Source: Pavona decussata (lineage: Eukaryota). Taken from it: a stretch of DNA of 64,000 nt. This document shows, in pieces, positions 38,806 to 51,600 of this stretch (position 1 is its first letter; each line of letters opens with the position of its first letter). The stretch spans positions 1,116,001 through 1,180,000 of the forward strand of contig CDRNST010000198.1 of assembly GCA_977016875.1 (NCBI GenBank), written 5' to 3'. The notes under the pieces are model-generated. The model was not told where the DNA came from, ran no database searches, and saw only the letters and a list, made by a program, of their open reading frames with translations. Both the position numbers and the translations under genes were made by a program.

Positions 38806-41800
38806 TCCAGATACGCTATTTTCGAACGCGGCTCTAAGCGCCAAACTTTAAATCTCAAAATTAAGCGTCAAACTCAAAAACTAAACGAAATAAGCGAATG
38901 AAAGAAGGAATGTAAAGGGCCGAACTAAGGGCTTCGGTCTGAACATACATAGCAGTAACCAACTAACTGTCTCATAACAGAATGGCAATTAATCAGCGTG
39001 GTTGCGCCTCTTAAGGTAATGTTACACGGCACGATGTATGACTCAAAATTGCTGCCTTAAAAGTTTTTATCGTGTAACAGCGAGGAACAACTTTTTAGGA
39101 CGCAATTGTGTTGAGGCTACAAACTGCAAGCTTTTGACCTGTCTTCAAGAACAAGCAACGCGTTTCCGCAACAAAATATATTGGTATTGGTTTACCCGCG
39201 CGCTACATTCTTAAAAGTTGTTTCGCGTAGCATGACCTTTGGCTTAGGAAACAAATAAATTAGAGTGAATTTATTTCAAAGCTGACCCTGTTTCAGATAG
39301 GCGCATCAATAAACCCCTTACAAATCACCCCTTGGAAATGGCATTATTTTAAATCTCTGAGATTTAATAAATAAATAAAAAAAAATTGATCTCATGTCAT
39401 TGAGCGTTTTTAAAATAGTCTTGTTTATGTAACATTTTTCTAACGAATAAACTTTTAAATATAAATAGCTATTAAATTTCTACCCAGCCAACGCCCGATT
39501 TTTTTTTTATTTCTGCCCCATCATAACGCAAGTCAAAGAGTATTTTCAAACTGTGACATTATAGCACATGACAAACTAATTTCGGTTTTTTAGAATGAAG
39601 ATAGAGTTCTGTGAGATTTGAGGTTCATTTAAAAATTTTTGAAGCAAGCAAACGTTATACAGTGTCAATATATCATAGTATAGAGGTAAGCACAACTTTA
39701 AAACCATCTTATGCATGTGAACTGTATCGCTTACAATTTAGCATTTTTTAGGGGAAGGATATTAACAACGCAGTTAGACAATCTCATATAAGTATTTATT
39801 GTTAGAGGTTGGTGTATTGCTGTAGCTTTGTGTTCATCTTTGACTGACTGGATACAAAACATAAGGGGATTAAGCTCGATTAAATCGTAGAAAGTATTTT
39901 ATAAGTTGACTAAACACGATGTTCCACGTACATCTGCACGAGGACTGCCGAACGAGTGGGAATTGTTGTCATCTGAGAAAAACTGGATTTTTTCAATAGT
40001 TGTGACCCAGTGCTATTAAGTATAAAATGGACGATTGAGAAAGCTAACTAAACATTTCCTGTGAGTGTTATTATTTTATGCGCATGCATTTTTCCCTGAT
40101 CTTTATTTGTGCTGAAGAAACAAGATTTTTTTTTTTAAATAAGTCAACAACAACATAAATAAGTCCGTGTCTTGAAGTTGAAAAATACGATTGACTGTTT
40201 CGATTTCTCTCATGGAACCACTGAATTCATTGAAAACCCGGAGTTTGAGGTTGTACCGTTATAAAGCGAGAGATGACGAGATTAGTACAAATACTATAAT
40301 TTGTATTGCATGGGCTTTATCTTCACAGTTTACAATAGAGTCGTAAGATGATATTTCTGTTTTAATACTTTTGGATCGAAGAGGGAAGTCTTACCAAATT
40401 GTGAATTATTTTACCCGAAACTGAATGGAACTTGCGAGCGTCAGCTATTTAAATTTAGATTTAGACTGAGAATAGTAAGTTCATGGCCTTTTGTTTTGTG
40501 GATCAGAAACTGGCGAAGAAAGCACAATCCGGAAAACAAATGCAGTACAAAATTTGGCATTAACAGTGTAATACTTTTGCACACCTATGTTATAAAATTC
40601 AACCCGTTTTATCGGGACAAAAAATTTCTTTGCCAATTAAGACACTGCGCCGGGTAAAGATTATACATCACACACTGGAATTTTCTTTGACGCCATAACC
40701 CGGAGCTCTCAGCGGCTAGCTCTTCGGTTTTCAATAAACCAGAATTGCAAACTAGCCGAATTTGAATCTCTTTTGTATGTGAGGGGTTATTTGAAGTTGA
40801 ATGTCGTGCCGGCTTACAAGGGATTGGCTTTGTTTTTTCAAGCGACTTACACCTAGAACACATTTCGGAAAACGCTTAGTTCTTCAGTTTCCACTGTGGA
40901 ATGTTCTGATGTCCGTACGAATTCAGTGACATGTCGGCTCTGCGTTTTAAGATATTTTGAAAGCCTTGATGCAAGCTTCGATAAAACTCCGCGAGAAATT
41001 TTTCGCAACCCAACTTTCCAATTTTTCAATCTCTTTCCTCGTGAGAATTGTAATAATGTAGTTTTCACCTATGACGTTGTAAGACGTGATCAACTAATTT
41101 TGGTTTCTCGGAATGAAAATACGTTTCCCTACGTTTGAAGTTTACTTTAAAAAGTGAGAATCGTCGAGTGAGAATAATTCTTGATTCCTTAGTATCCGCA
41201 ACACATTGTTAAATAAATACTCTTTGAAGTTTGAAGAAAGCACAGCAATAAAGTCACCATAAAATCCTATTTCTCGCGTGGCGTATGCAATTTAACAGTT
41301 TAGTGAAGAACGATCGTTTTAGACAACGAACTGGCCGATGTGTTTTACATTAAACTGGATGCAATAAAAAAATTCATTCACTCTTGTTTTCTAGGTGAGA
41401 AACTGCTTATAGAAGTATAAATCGGTTAAAAAAAGCTTTTCTGTATTTTCTTGGTAGTTATCAGTAGAAGCAAATTTATGCGCTTTGATGAGTTGAAGAG
41501 AAAGAAGCTTATATGCAAATGAATTAAATGCACTGTAACTTTTCTGCACTAAATGGCACTAACCAAGTAGAATACTGCAACAAGTTTTATATAAGACCAC
41601 GAATTTTCAAATAACTTATTGGTTTTAATGAAACCAGAAAAATAAAACCCCTCAAATTGCACCCGTCGTTAACATTTTTTTGCGGAATGTCCATAATTGA
41701 ATGTTTCTCAGGTTCACAAGAGTTTTTTTTTTGCTACACCTAGGAGGGATATAGGAATACATCGAGTTTCTTTCCTACCCGAGTAATTTCTCATGTCAAG

Positions 41801-43929
41801 AATTCAGCCGCATCTTTCTGTGCATTTTCATACCAGATTAACGCCTCAGTCATGAATTCCAGCCAACGACCTAAATGTCCATGCCATGCATTATTTTTAT
41901 TTTATTACCAATGATGTCGTACAAGGAGATGAGATGAAATTTTTCTCTGAATAAAGATGTAGCTCCAATCCGTGTTTTTTATGTTCTAATTTCAATATAC
42001 CATGCCTGGCCGAATTAACTCCAACACAGTTCATCATTCGCAATATATAGACACTTGAAGTTTCCTGAAAGTACAACTAAGAAGGCATGTTTTGTATCGG
42101 CTCGTTTCACAGTTTAAACAAGAAGGACAAGAAAAACGCGGCTAAAAAAAGCTTGATGTTTTTCATCTTGGACCGAAAAAGGATTGTTCAAATTATTTTT
42201 TCTAAACCTATATGCATTACGAAACTCGTTGCATTTTGTTTCCTGGTTTAAAATATTGATCAAGGAAGTGTAATCCAAGAAAAAAAAAAAAAAGAAAAGA
42301 AAAAAACATATATTGACTATATATATATTGCTGTTGTTTGTTTTACAAAAAGCAAATATATGTGCTCTAAAGTGAACTCCGCATGCGAAGAAACTCATAT
42401 GCAAATGATTGATAGTAATTCCACAGTATTGGGCAAAACTAACTGCTCATTAGACTACTGTAGTCCAGTCATTTTATGAAGAAAATTCGGTCAACCTGCC
42501 ACTAATTGCAACAGAAGGTATTTCAACGGTTTTAGACTCAGAAATGTATCGTTAATAACATATTAAAAGTCCCAAAAAATCCCATTTGGGGAAGTTACCA
42601 AAAAACGGGATTTATTGCGAAGCTCTGAGAACCGTTTAACGACGGCATGGTAACGAGGCTGACTTATGCATTTCTTTATAACGCTCGTGTAAAGATCTTT
42701 AACTTAATAAAATGGAATGAAATTTCGTGTTTAAATATTCAATTTAATGGGTTCGTTATACAGGAGATATTGTTTTGGGGAATATAAAAAGCTGTATCAG
42801 CGAAACGCTTAATGCATTGTTTTGTTTTTGTTTTCAGGTTTACCCTTACCGAATTGATTTCGTTTATATTAAAAACAATTAATTTTTTTTAAATATGTTG
42901 AACATTATTGTGGGAAAATAAAACTTTGCAGGTTCACAAGAAGTCGGTCTTGCCGGATCTGGCGCCTTCGCTATTACACATGCACGTACATTTCACTCCG
43001 GAGTGTTTGTGCTTACCTTGCACGTTTGTTATATTTCTGTCGAGCAAAATAGCTAGAAGATGTGATTCTGCAATGTTCAGTTCAGGTAAGACACACCTAA
43101 GAGTACCTACAATATTCTTTAGTTCTTATAACAATAAATTGAATTAAATACACTTTTAGATCAATCTTTCTTCACACTAAACATGTGTCATCAAAAAGGG
43201 TCGACCCGCATGAATAAATAAAACATGCACAGACACCAAGATCATTAAAACGATGCTCTCACACGAATTTTAAAGATACAGACACGCAAATCCTATTAAT
43301 TGCGATTCTTTAGAAAAAGACATTGTATACCTGCGGAATATTTAAATCAGATTTCCGATATTTACACAACGGAAAACATGCAAGAACACATCAAGTTCGA
43401 TCAAGTGTCCAGTGTACGAGATTCCGATGTCAGATATTCTTACAAAGCATTTTCCTAAAAACAAAGTAATTTGATAAACATTTATTAATTAAAACTTTAG
43501 ATATCAAAGCAATCAGTTAACTAAAACAAGTTAGGGGCTGAAGCTGCCCCATAAAGCGCCCAGTCACGTTTTATTTTCCCGTACAATTTGTGGTCTGTAA
43601 TAATTTTTTTCCCGCGAAACTCCCAAGCGGATTTAAGTCCACTGGAAATTGCATACAGACAAATCTTGCACAATCATGTCGTTAAACCTGTGCTAGCTAA
43701 ATTTTCTGCCGTGCTACAAACCTGTTCCGAAAGGAACGATGAGTGGGCAGAAGTGGTACAAGCCAGAATATAATTACATGTTCATGATTTGCCAGCGGCC
43801 GATGCCAATTATCATCAGGCGCGCAGCGTGAACTTTAGGACCAAAAAGCAAATCACAATGCTATTTGCCTCAGAACAGCCTGATCTTAAGAAAAGAAATA
43901 TTGGACGAATTGCATGAAAACCCGTCAAA

Positions 43930-45020
43930 TCAGGGGCGTACCCAGGGGAGGGTTCCAGGGGTTCCGGAGCCCCCGTAAACGAAACCAGCTTTTGCGCGTA
44001 GTTATAGAAAAGGAGGCTGCCAATGCAATGAAAACACCGCTTGTCGGTCTACAACATGGGTCGAAAGGCATCGAGCATACAAGGCATTTTTTGACATGTA
44101 CCTTCTATCGTTAAGACGCATGAGGCCATCTCCCATGAACGACTGTTCCAAAACCAATACAGCAACACTCCATGGAACTGGAATGGCAAAAGTCGAAATA
44201 AAGCATGTTCGCTTTTAAATGCCGTATTGAGGTTTCCCTTCCTCATCACTCAAGTTACTGCTATGAAGGGCTGATCGTTGGTAAAGCCCCTGAGCAATTA
44301 GGCTACAGAAACACGACATTGATGTGTACGAGGCATACCACCAATTTGATGACCTCAAAAGCGACCTCAAGCTATATTGAGAACAGGTTGACAGCCAGTT
44401 TTAACAATGGCTTGAGAGAGCTCTTACTCTTGCAAGGAAAGTCGGGATCGAACCTTCTATTCCAAGGCCAACAGGAGCATTGTGGAGGCAACGACGCCCA
44501 AAGAGTATTTCAAGAGGGCCCTTGCAATTCCCTTGCTAGATCACTTAATAGCTATTCAGAAGGACATACTGTCTTCGCTTCTCTGCGTTGTTTCGAAGCT
44601 GCTGGTTTCTCGAGAACACGATCAGCTCAAAGATGCTATTCAGTTTTATCGCCTCAGGTCACCGACTTTGAACTCCACCGTTGCGCCGAAAATAGCTGCT
44701 GCATGACCAATGTTCACTACACAACGCGGTTAAAGCTCTGGCTAAATGCGACCATGATTTCTATCCCAACACTCACAAGTTGTTACAAATGCAATGCACC
44801 CTGCCAGTAACCTCTTCAGAATGCCAATCTTTTAGTACTCTACGCCGATTGAAGGCTTACCTACAGGCAACTATGTAGGGTGAACGAGAGTTTTCCCTTG
44901 CTCTCATAAACATCCACTATGACCAGGATGTTGACGTTGATGTTGTCATTGAACGTTTTGCTCAAAAACACCCGCAACGCGTGTTTCTCGCTGGCCTTCT
45001 GTCTACTGATTGAGAAATAA
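43930..45020 (+). mobile_element. Degenerate hAT DNA transposon (transposase relic)
   Basis: hAT-like end caggggcgtaccc; fragments EYFKRALAIPLLDHLI and TLPVTSSEC..FSTLRRLKAYL..TM...LALINIHYD...VIERFA (hAT dimerisation domain) broken by stops and frameshifts. Confidence 0.8.
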
Positions 45021-47990
45021 TAACAGAATACTAAAAAAAAAAAACTGTACAAGAGCAGAACGTACTAGTTGACACGTCAAGAAATGCTTCTTCTAGTGAC
45101 ACGCATATCATGCCTTCTGAACGGCTGTATAATTGAACTGCCTTGAGTGACTGATTTCCGACGAGTTGGAAATTGAAATGTGCGTACGTCTTTGTAAAAT
45201 TTTATTGCGAAAGCATATTTTATTTTTGTCAGACATATTTTTTATCAGTTTCTTTGAAAACTAGTTGTGCCTAGTAGCTGCGCACTGTTGGACGATAATG
45301 AAATGTTATAGTGTTTCTTTAGTACAGACCTTTCTGAGTGAAATTTGAAATACTGTATGTCTTTGAACTAGAAGGACCGATTATGAGTTTGATTGAGCTT
45401 ATACAAGTATTTAGTTAAGTTATTTACAAGGTGAAAGTTCAGAGAAATACCTGAAAAAAATTGATCAAATTTGGATGACTTAAGGGTATTTCTGGCGATA
45501 AATAAGCAGAATAAAACCAACTTCTGGTTTTTAGCCTTGATTCCATGACGCACCAAAGCGGGAGTTATAAGTCATTTAACTTTTGACATGTTCCCCTGCT
45601 TGGAGCCTTTGGGACTTTTAGTATGTTCATCTAGAGACCATTCCTTAGCGATTGGCGAAGAGAAAACTTCTGTTGCAATTAGTGGCAGGTCCAGCCACAA
45701 AATGACTGGACTACTGTAGCAACAGTAAGCTTTAAAGAAGGTAGACAAATAATCGGTTCAGTTTTTCGGATTTTTGGCAACTAGACTTTAGGCTTTTCGC
45801 CACGAAATGTTTTTTTCTTTAACATGAAAACAAACCAGTTCTGTTTGCATCTGTGTTGGAATTTTGCGCCGGGTCCTAGTTAGATAAATGTCGTGCTCGT
45901 TTACATGAGTTACCGCTTTGTTTTTAATTACACCAAGAAACAATTTTAGAATAAAAAAATAAGTTATATGTTCTGATATCAGGAATTCAGTAGCATGTAT
46001 CTCTGTATTTTATAATAGCAAATCTTGTAATAATCAAAGATTAGGGAGTGCGTTTGATGTCACCAGGCTCTCTAGCCCTTTTGGTGATGATGTCATCCGC
46101 TCCTGCAAAATCTGCGGGGGATGCCAAATACGCGTCCCAAGATACACTCATTCATTCCCCCTTACAATCTCGACTCCAATCTGTATTAAGAGCGTTTTCT
46201 TTCGAACGCAATTAAGCCTGGACAAAACTCAGTCAGTATTTACCGGAACAACGCACCGAGTTGTATATTTTCACCTCTTACGTCATAAAATGTGTTGAAT
46301 ATTTCGGCGTCTTGGAAATAAAGATATGGTTCCTTGGTTTTGAAATTTCACTTTTCAATGTAGGGTTTATAGAAGAAAATGACTCAATGATTTCGGTTTC
46401 TCAGCATGAAACTATAGTCATTCCATTTTTTTTTTTTTGTTTTTTTTTTTGAAGTTTCACTTTTCAATGAGAAGTTTTGTCGAGGCAAACAACTCATCGG
46501 TAATACATAATGTGTCAAAACAGAAAAAGTTTAAGGTAACGCAATTATAAAATTAGGCTTTGTACGCAAACTATTTAGATTCATGTGTAATTCAACATTT
46601 TAAAGAACGGCAAGAATTAAAGGGTGCAGCTTTATCGGTATCTATCCAATCAAACCCTGAGTTTTCATGTCCGCCCGACGTTGTTCGTGTTATAGTTAGT
46701 TAATTTATTGACGTCCTATGAGGTAATATATAACGTGATCTATTTTGTATTCTGAGAATAGTTTTTGAAGCTTACTTCTCGATGCAAGATGCGTCAAATC
46801 CGATCACTACTGAAAACTGAGTACTGTATAAGATAAGTAATCAAACATTTTAGAGGAGAAAGATAACAATAACGCATTTACACAGACAGGGGATGAATAT
46901 ATCACCTAGTTGTGCTAATTTTGTTATCTGAAACTGAATTCTGAGTTAACGTTGTTTCCAGAATTAGAAACTATTCACAGACGCATAATTCGTAGCAAAA
47001 CTTTGGTCGACTAAAAGCTTTTTTTCCGCTGCGAACTAAAAAGAGAAAAACTAATACGGACTGTCGCTTGATCGTAACACTTCCATAAAAAATAACGAGC
47101 GTAGAAATTCCTTAAAACGGCCGTGACGTCACTCGGTCTTTTTAACAAACAACAACATTAGACGATCCTTGACTTCGAGGAGTATTCGGTTTCCTTCTCG
47201 AACGCAAATATACGTATAACCAAAGACCGACGCCCATGAAAACAAAACCAAAAAAAACGTAAGGCGTTGGCTGGGAAATACATGTACTCACGAAACTTCG
47301 TGGTTGTACACCGAAACTCAGCTCCTTCTTCATTGGAAGCCATTTAGAACAACTTAATACTCCCCTTTTGTGTTCTGTGAACAAAGTATAAGAAAAGTTC
47401 AATTCGTCTTAAACCATGAAACCATTTTGTTCGTTAACGTCTTTCATTATTAATAAGTTTGTACTACGGTATCCTCAGATTGTGTGACCTAGCAAAGGCA
47501 ATGCTGTTTGTCCTTTTGTGATCTTTGGTCGACGGTTTGATTTATTTTGTTCTCCTTTTCTCTATGAGAGGAACACACCAGTGTAGTTAGGACTCCAAAC
47601 AAGCGTTGTGTCATAAAATCTCTCCTATATCTGAGTTCGTGAACGTGAAATGTTCAATTTTAAATTTATGCGCGTAAGACCTCCCTATCTACCCTTTACC
47701 CACCCCACCTCTCTGTTGTGATACTATAACGTCTATAAGGTTTTTTATACATTAACTTCTATTCCTTGAGGGTAATTAATAAGCCGCCCATCCTTCGTGT
47801 TGGGTGAATGTTTTGTCCCTTTGAACCACAACTGTTTTGTTTTTCATAAAACCACAACTGTTTTGTCGTAATAAAACTGCAACTGGTAACTAATCTTGAC
47901 GTATAACATTTTCTGCTGTAGGGAACCATCCTGGCAAGTTACCAAGATGTAAATCATAACTTGGAATACTGAGGTAGGTATTAATTTCAT

Positions 47991-48167
47991 AAACCAAACT
48001 GATTGCAGGGCTGAACTACAGCAGAAGGTCAATTTATTTGGGCCAATATTTCAACTAGTACCACTAGTCTTCTTACTATGGTCCTGAAGACTAGTTGTAC
48101 TAGTTGAAATATTGACTAAAGTAAATTGCCCGTTGCCGCAGTGTCAGCCCTGCAATCAGTTTGGTTT
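47991..48167. repeat. Long imperfect palindrome (~177 bp), probable foldback MITE
   Basis: aaaccaaactgattgcagggctga / tcagccctgcaatcagtttggttt, with inner arms caatat..tcaactagtac..ctagtcttc / gaagactag..gtactagttgaaatattg. Confidence 0.85.
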
Positions 48168-48663
48168 CTTTACGGGTAAAGTGACGTCTGGCACGTGCAT
48201 TTCTAATACAAGAGCTCCTACAACGAATATTATTCGGAACAGTTTATTTGTGCGTCTTGGGGTCCCCTGTGTTTAAAAGCTTCGTATTTGTTTCGTCCAC
48301 TATTTTAGAATTTTATCCCAGTAAGCCTACCTGGAATAAGAATTTTTTCCGCATCTTAGGTATTGGGGGTGGAGCGGGCAGGGGCCTTGCCCTATCCGTA
48401 ATAACTCCGAAAGTTTTAAGGCTGTGGCAATGGAAGTGGGAGTGTAATGGGAGACGATGGCCTCAAATCACGTGACATTCCGACATGATTTCCAGAAGGC
48501 GGTCATCTTGGTCCTGTTCATTTTTCTTCACCTTTCGATCTCACTGGTGTATTCGTAATACAGCCATTTTTGTTTGTTTGAATCCAGCAACAGTAACTTA
48601 CAAACTAAATGAACGTACAAACATTCGCTCCATAGCGTTTTGAGGAAGAGACTTCCAGCATCC

Positions 48664-51600
48664 ATGGCGAGGAGTGCAACCAAAGCTGCAGGTGAAAGTG
48701 ACGTCACAGCAGCTGGTGAGAAAACGCTGGATTTTGATGACGTCACTTTAAGAGGTGGGAAGAAACATGTTACAGTCAAGGGAAGGGTTGCAGACAAGGG
48801 AAGGGCATTGCGACGACCAATAGAACATTTTCCCGACATTTTCTCTGTATAGCCGAAGCCGTTGTTTGGTTTTCTTCGTTTAAAACAACGTTCTCCTAAC
48901 AGGGGATGGTAACTACCATTTCTGGGAGTTTTGTGTTCTCCAAACGATTCTACAATTCCTTACTCGTACCAGGCTCCTCATTGTTTCCCGAGAAGAGAAT
49001 AAGCCCCACTTTCCCTTTCCCAAAACTAAGCTCCCTCGCAGACGCTGAGGAAAGATTTCGTGACGAGCCAAAAGAGCGTCTGCGAGGGAAGATATCCCAG
49101 AACTTACTTATTCTAATTTACACAAAATTTACGGCAATTTGACAATTTCACTAAGTTTCATGCTTCCGCCTCTAACCGCCACTCCGCTCCCCCATCTCGT
49201 CCAAACGGTCAGATCACGAAGTTGTTAAATTCGGACTTTTAGCCAATGAATGAAACTTTTCATTTGCTTTCTTTTAGCCATAGCAGAGGTTTACAACACT
49301 GAAGGTTATGAGAGATACAGGCAGGAAGATCTCAGCAACGCAATTCACTTCTACACGGAAGGAATTAACGTGAACTGTAAGGATGAAGAACTGAAGGCCG
49401 AACTGTACAGCAACAGGTCGGAAGCGTACTTTTGCTTGGGTGAGAATTTTTTTATTGTTTAGAATTTGCCTAAGTAAGGTGTTTTAATATCGCAACCTTA
49501 AAGAGCACTTTATATTGAAACTTCACTAATATGCAACCTCTCCTCTCATTTCTTTTTCTGAATCTCTTCTTCAGGAAATTGTAAAGATTCGTTAAATGAT
49601 GCTAAGGTTGCCACTGAGTTACAGCCATCATTGGTGAAAGTGATCGTGAGAGGTAAGATTTCTAAAAAAATTAACTCTATTTTAATCGAGGAGTTGGTAG
49701 TTTGAGGAGTGTGCTGCGAGAAATTTCAAATCTGAAACACCGTTTAATGTACATTCGTTGCATTTATAGCGATTTAACCATCATAAAGTAAAAAAAACCC
49801 GTTTATATAGATGTTATATGCAAAAGTTTAGAAATGCGACTTCAAAGACATTTGTGAATTGCTTTTCTTGACGGCCAAGTTTGCCCAGGATAATACATCG
49901 AGAGTTGCCTTGCCTCGGCGTCTTAACAGTGAACTTTAGTAATATTGTACGAACCACCTTATTTTAAGAGAAAATTAAGTCAGACTAACATTATTCTGCT
50001 TTATTAGGAGCAAGTGCCTGTGTTCAACTGAATCAGTTTGAGGAAGCCATCACGTGGTGTGAAAAAGGATTAGCCGTATCTTTTATTACAGATGCTACAA
50101 CGAAAAATATTGGTCAAATTCAAACTTTATCATTTTCCTTCAGTCCGGCTTTTATGTACAACCTTACGCAACACTGATCAGAAAAAAAGATTGCTTTTTC
50201 ATGGCTACATATTGTAATGTTTCTGTTTGTCTTAAATTCTGGAAGAGGAAACTATGTAAACAAATGGTCAAGGAAATAAGACACCTTATCCATATAACAT
50301 TTTGGCTTGTTTTTCAGTTTGGTCAACTATTGTAACCTTTAAAACTATTGCCTTAGAAGTCTTGACTTTTTTAAGATTGACAAGAACAACCAGACGTTGT
50401 TAGAATTAAGGAGCCAATCTGTCAATGAACAGAAAAAGCTACAAGAAGTAGGCGGAGAGGACGATGCAAATGAATCTGACATCGCAACTGCTACTGAGAA
50501 AACTCTGAATACTGATGATGAAACCACTTTAAGAGGTGATGCCGAGTTTTAGTAATAATATCAATGATCATTCATGGTGCGAGAGCTTTAGAAAGCTTTA
50601 TTGGGAAACTGAAGGGTCTAAAACGAAATAGCTCTTAAGGAGTGTTCACTATATATTGTTGGGAGTGCAGGGATGGCATTTCGTCAGCCCGTCTTGTTGA
50701 AAAAACATATGACCTCCTCTCACTTCTTTCATTATTAACAATGGAGCCCAGTTTGTAAAGGATTCGTGAATCTGATCCCAGGAACTCAAGAAAGGCCCTG
50801 AAGGGAGACAGTAAGATTGCCCGACATTAAGGCTAGAAAATCACGGTCTGCAAAGGGTGTTAACTGTGTTCTTTTAAATGACTTACATACAGTACGACGA
50901 AATCGATTACTTTAGAAGAAAACTAATCGAAACTGCACAAGTAGTACCTTCATTGGGAAAACTGATGCATAAGTTTCTAGCTAGTTAAGACACTTTTTGA
51001 AACTTTACTCAGAACAATGCAAAATGCCTTTTATTCTCCTTCATTTTAGCAAAAGCAGAGCTCTTCAAGAACGAGGGCAACGATGAATTCAGAAAAAAAG
51101 ATTTCAGCAATGCCATATTGCTTTACACCAAAGGAATCAAAGTGAACTGTAAGGATGAAGAACTGAACGCCAAACTGTACAGCAACAGAGCAACAGCACA
51201 TTTTAATCTGGGTGAGAAGTTTTGAGATTTTCAATGTGTATTTTCATAATGTGTTCCACACACACAAAAACAAAATTAACAGTTATTTATGTTCAATCGC
51301 GCACACATCAACACAGTTTATTTCTTTTAACGATTTTCGCGCAGGTAACTTTCATATTTCACGGAGGGATGCAGAGATTGCCATGAATTTACAACCGTCT
51401 TATGTCAAAGCGATTGTTATAGGTAAGAGACACTAAAATCTTCCTGCAGCCTTTAATCTGCTACTCATTCTAACTCAAATTTATATAACTTGTCATCCAA
51501 TCTCGATTTTCTTAACATTTTGAGTAACATCTGTATCGATTAATTTACACTCAGCAATTTAACGAGCATTAATTAACCAGGTTTTGTTATTTAATCAGTA

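Noticed and set aside
44205-44810. 201-aa ORF
   Set aside because: An off-frame read through the decayed hAT transposase; the recognisable motifs lie in other frames.
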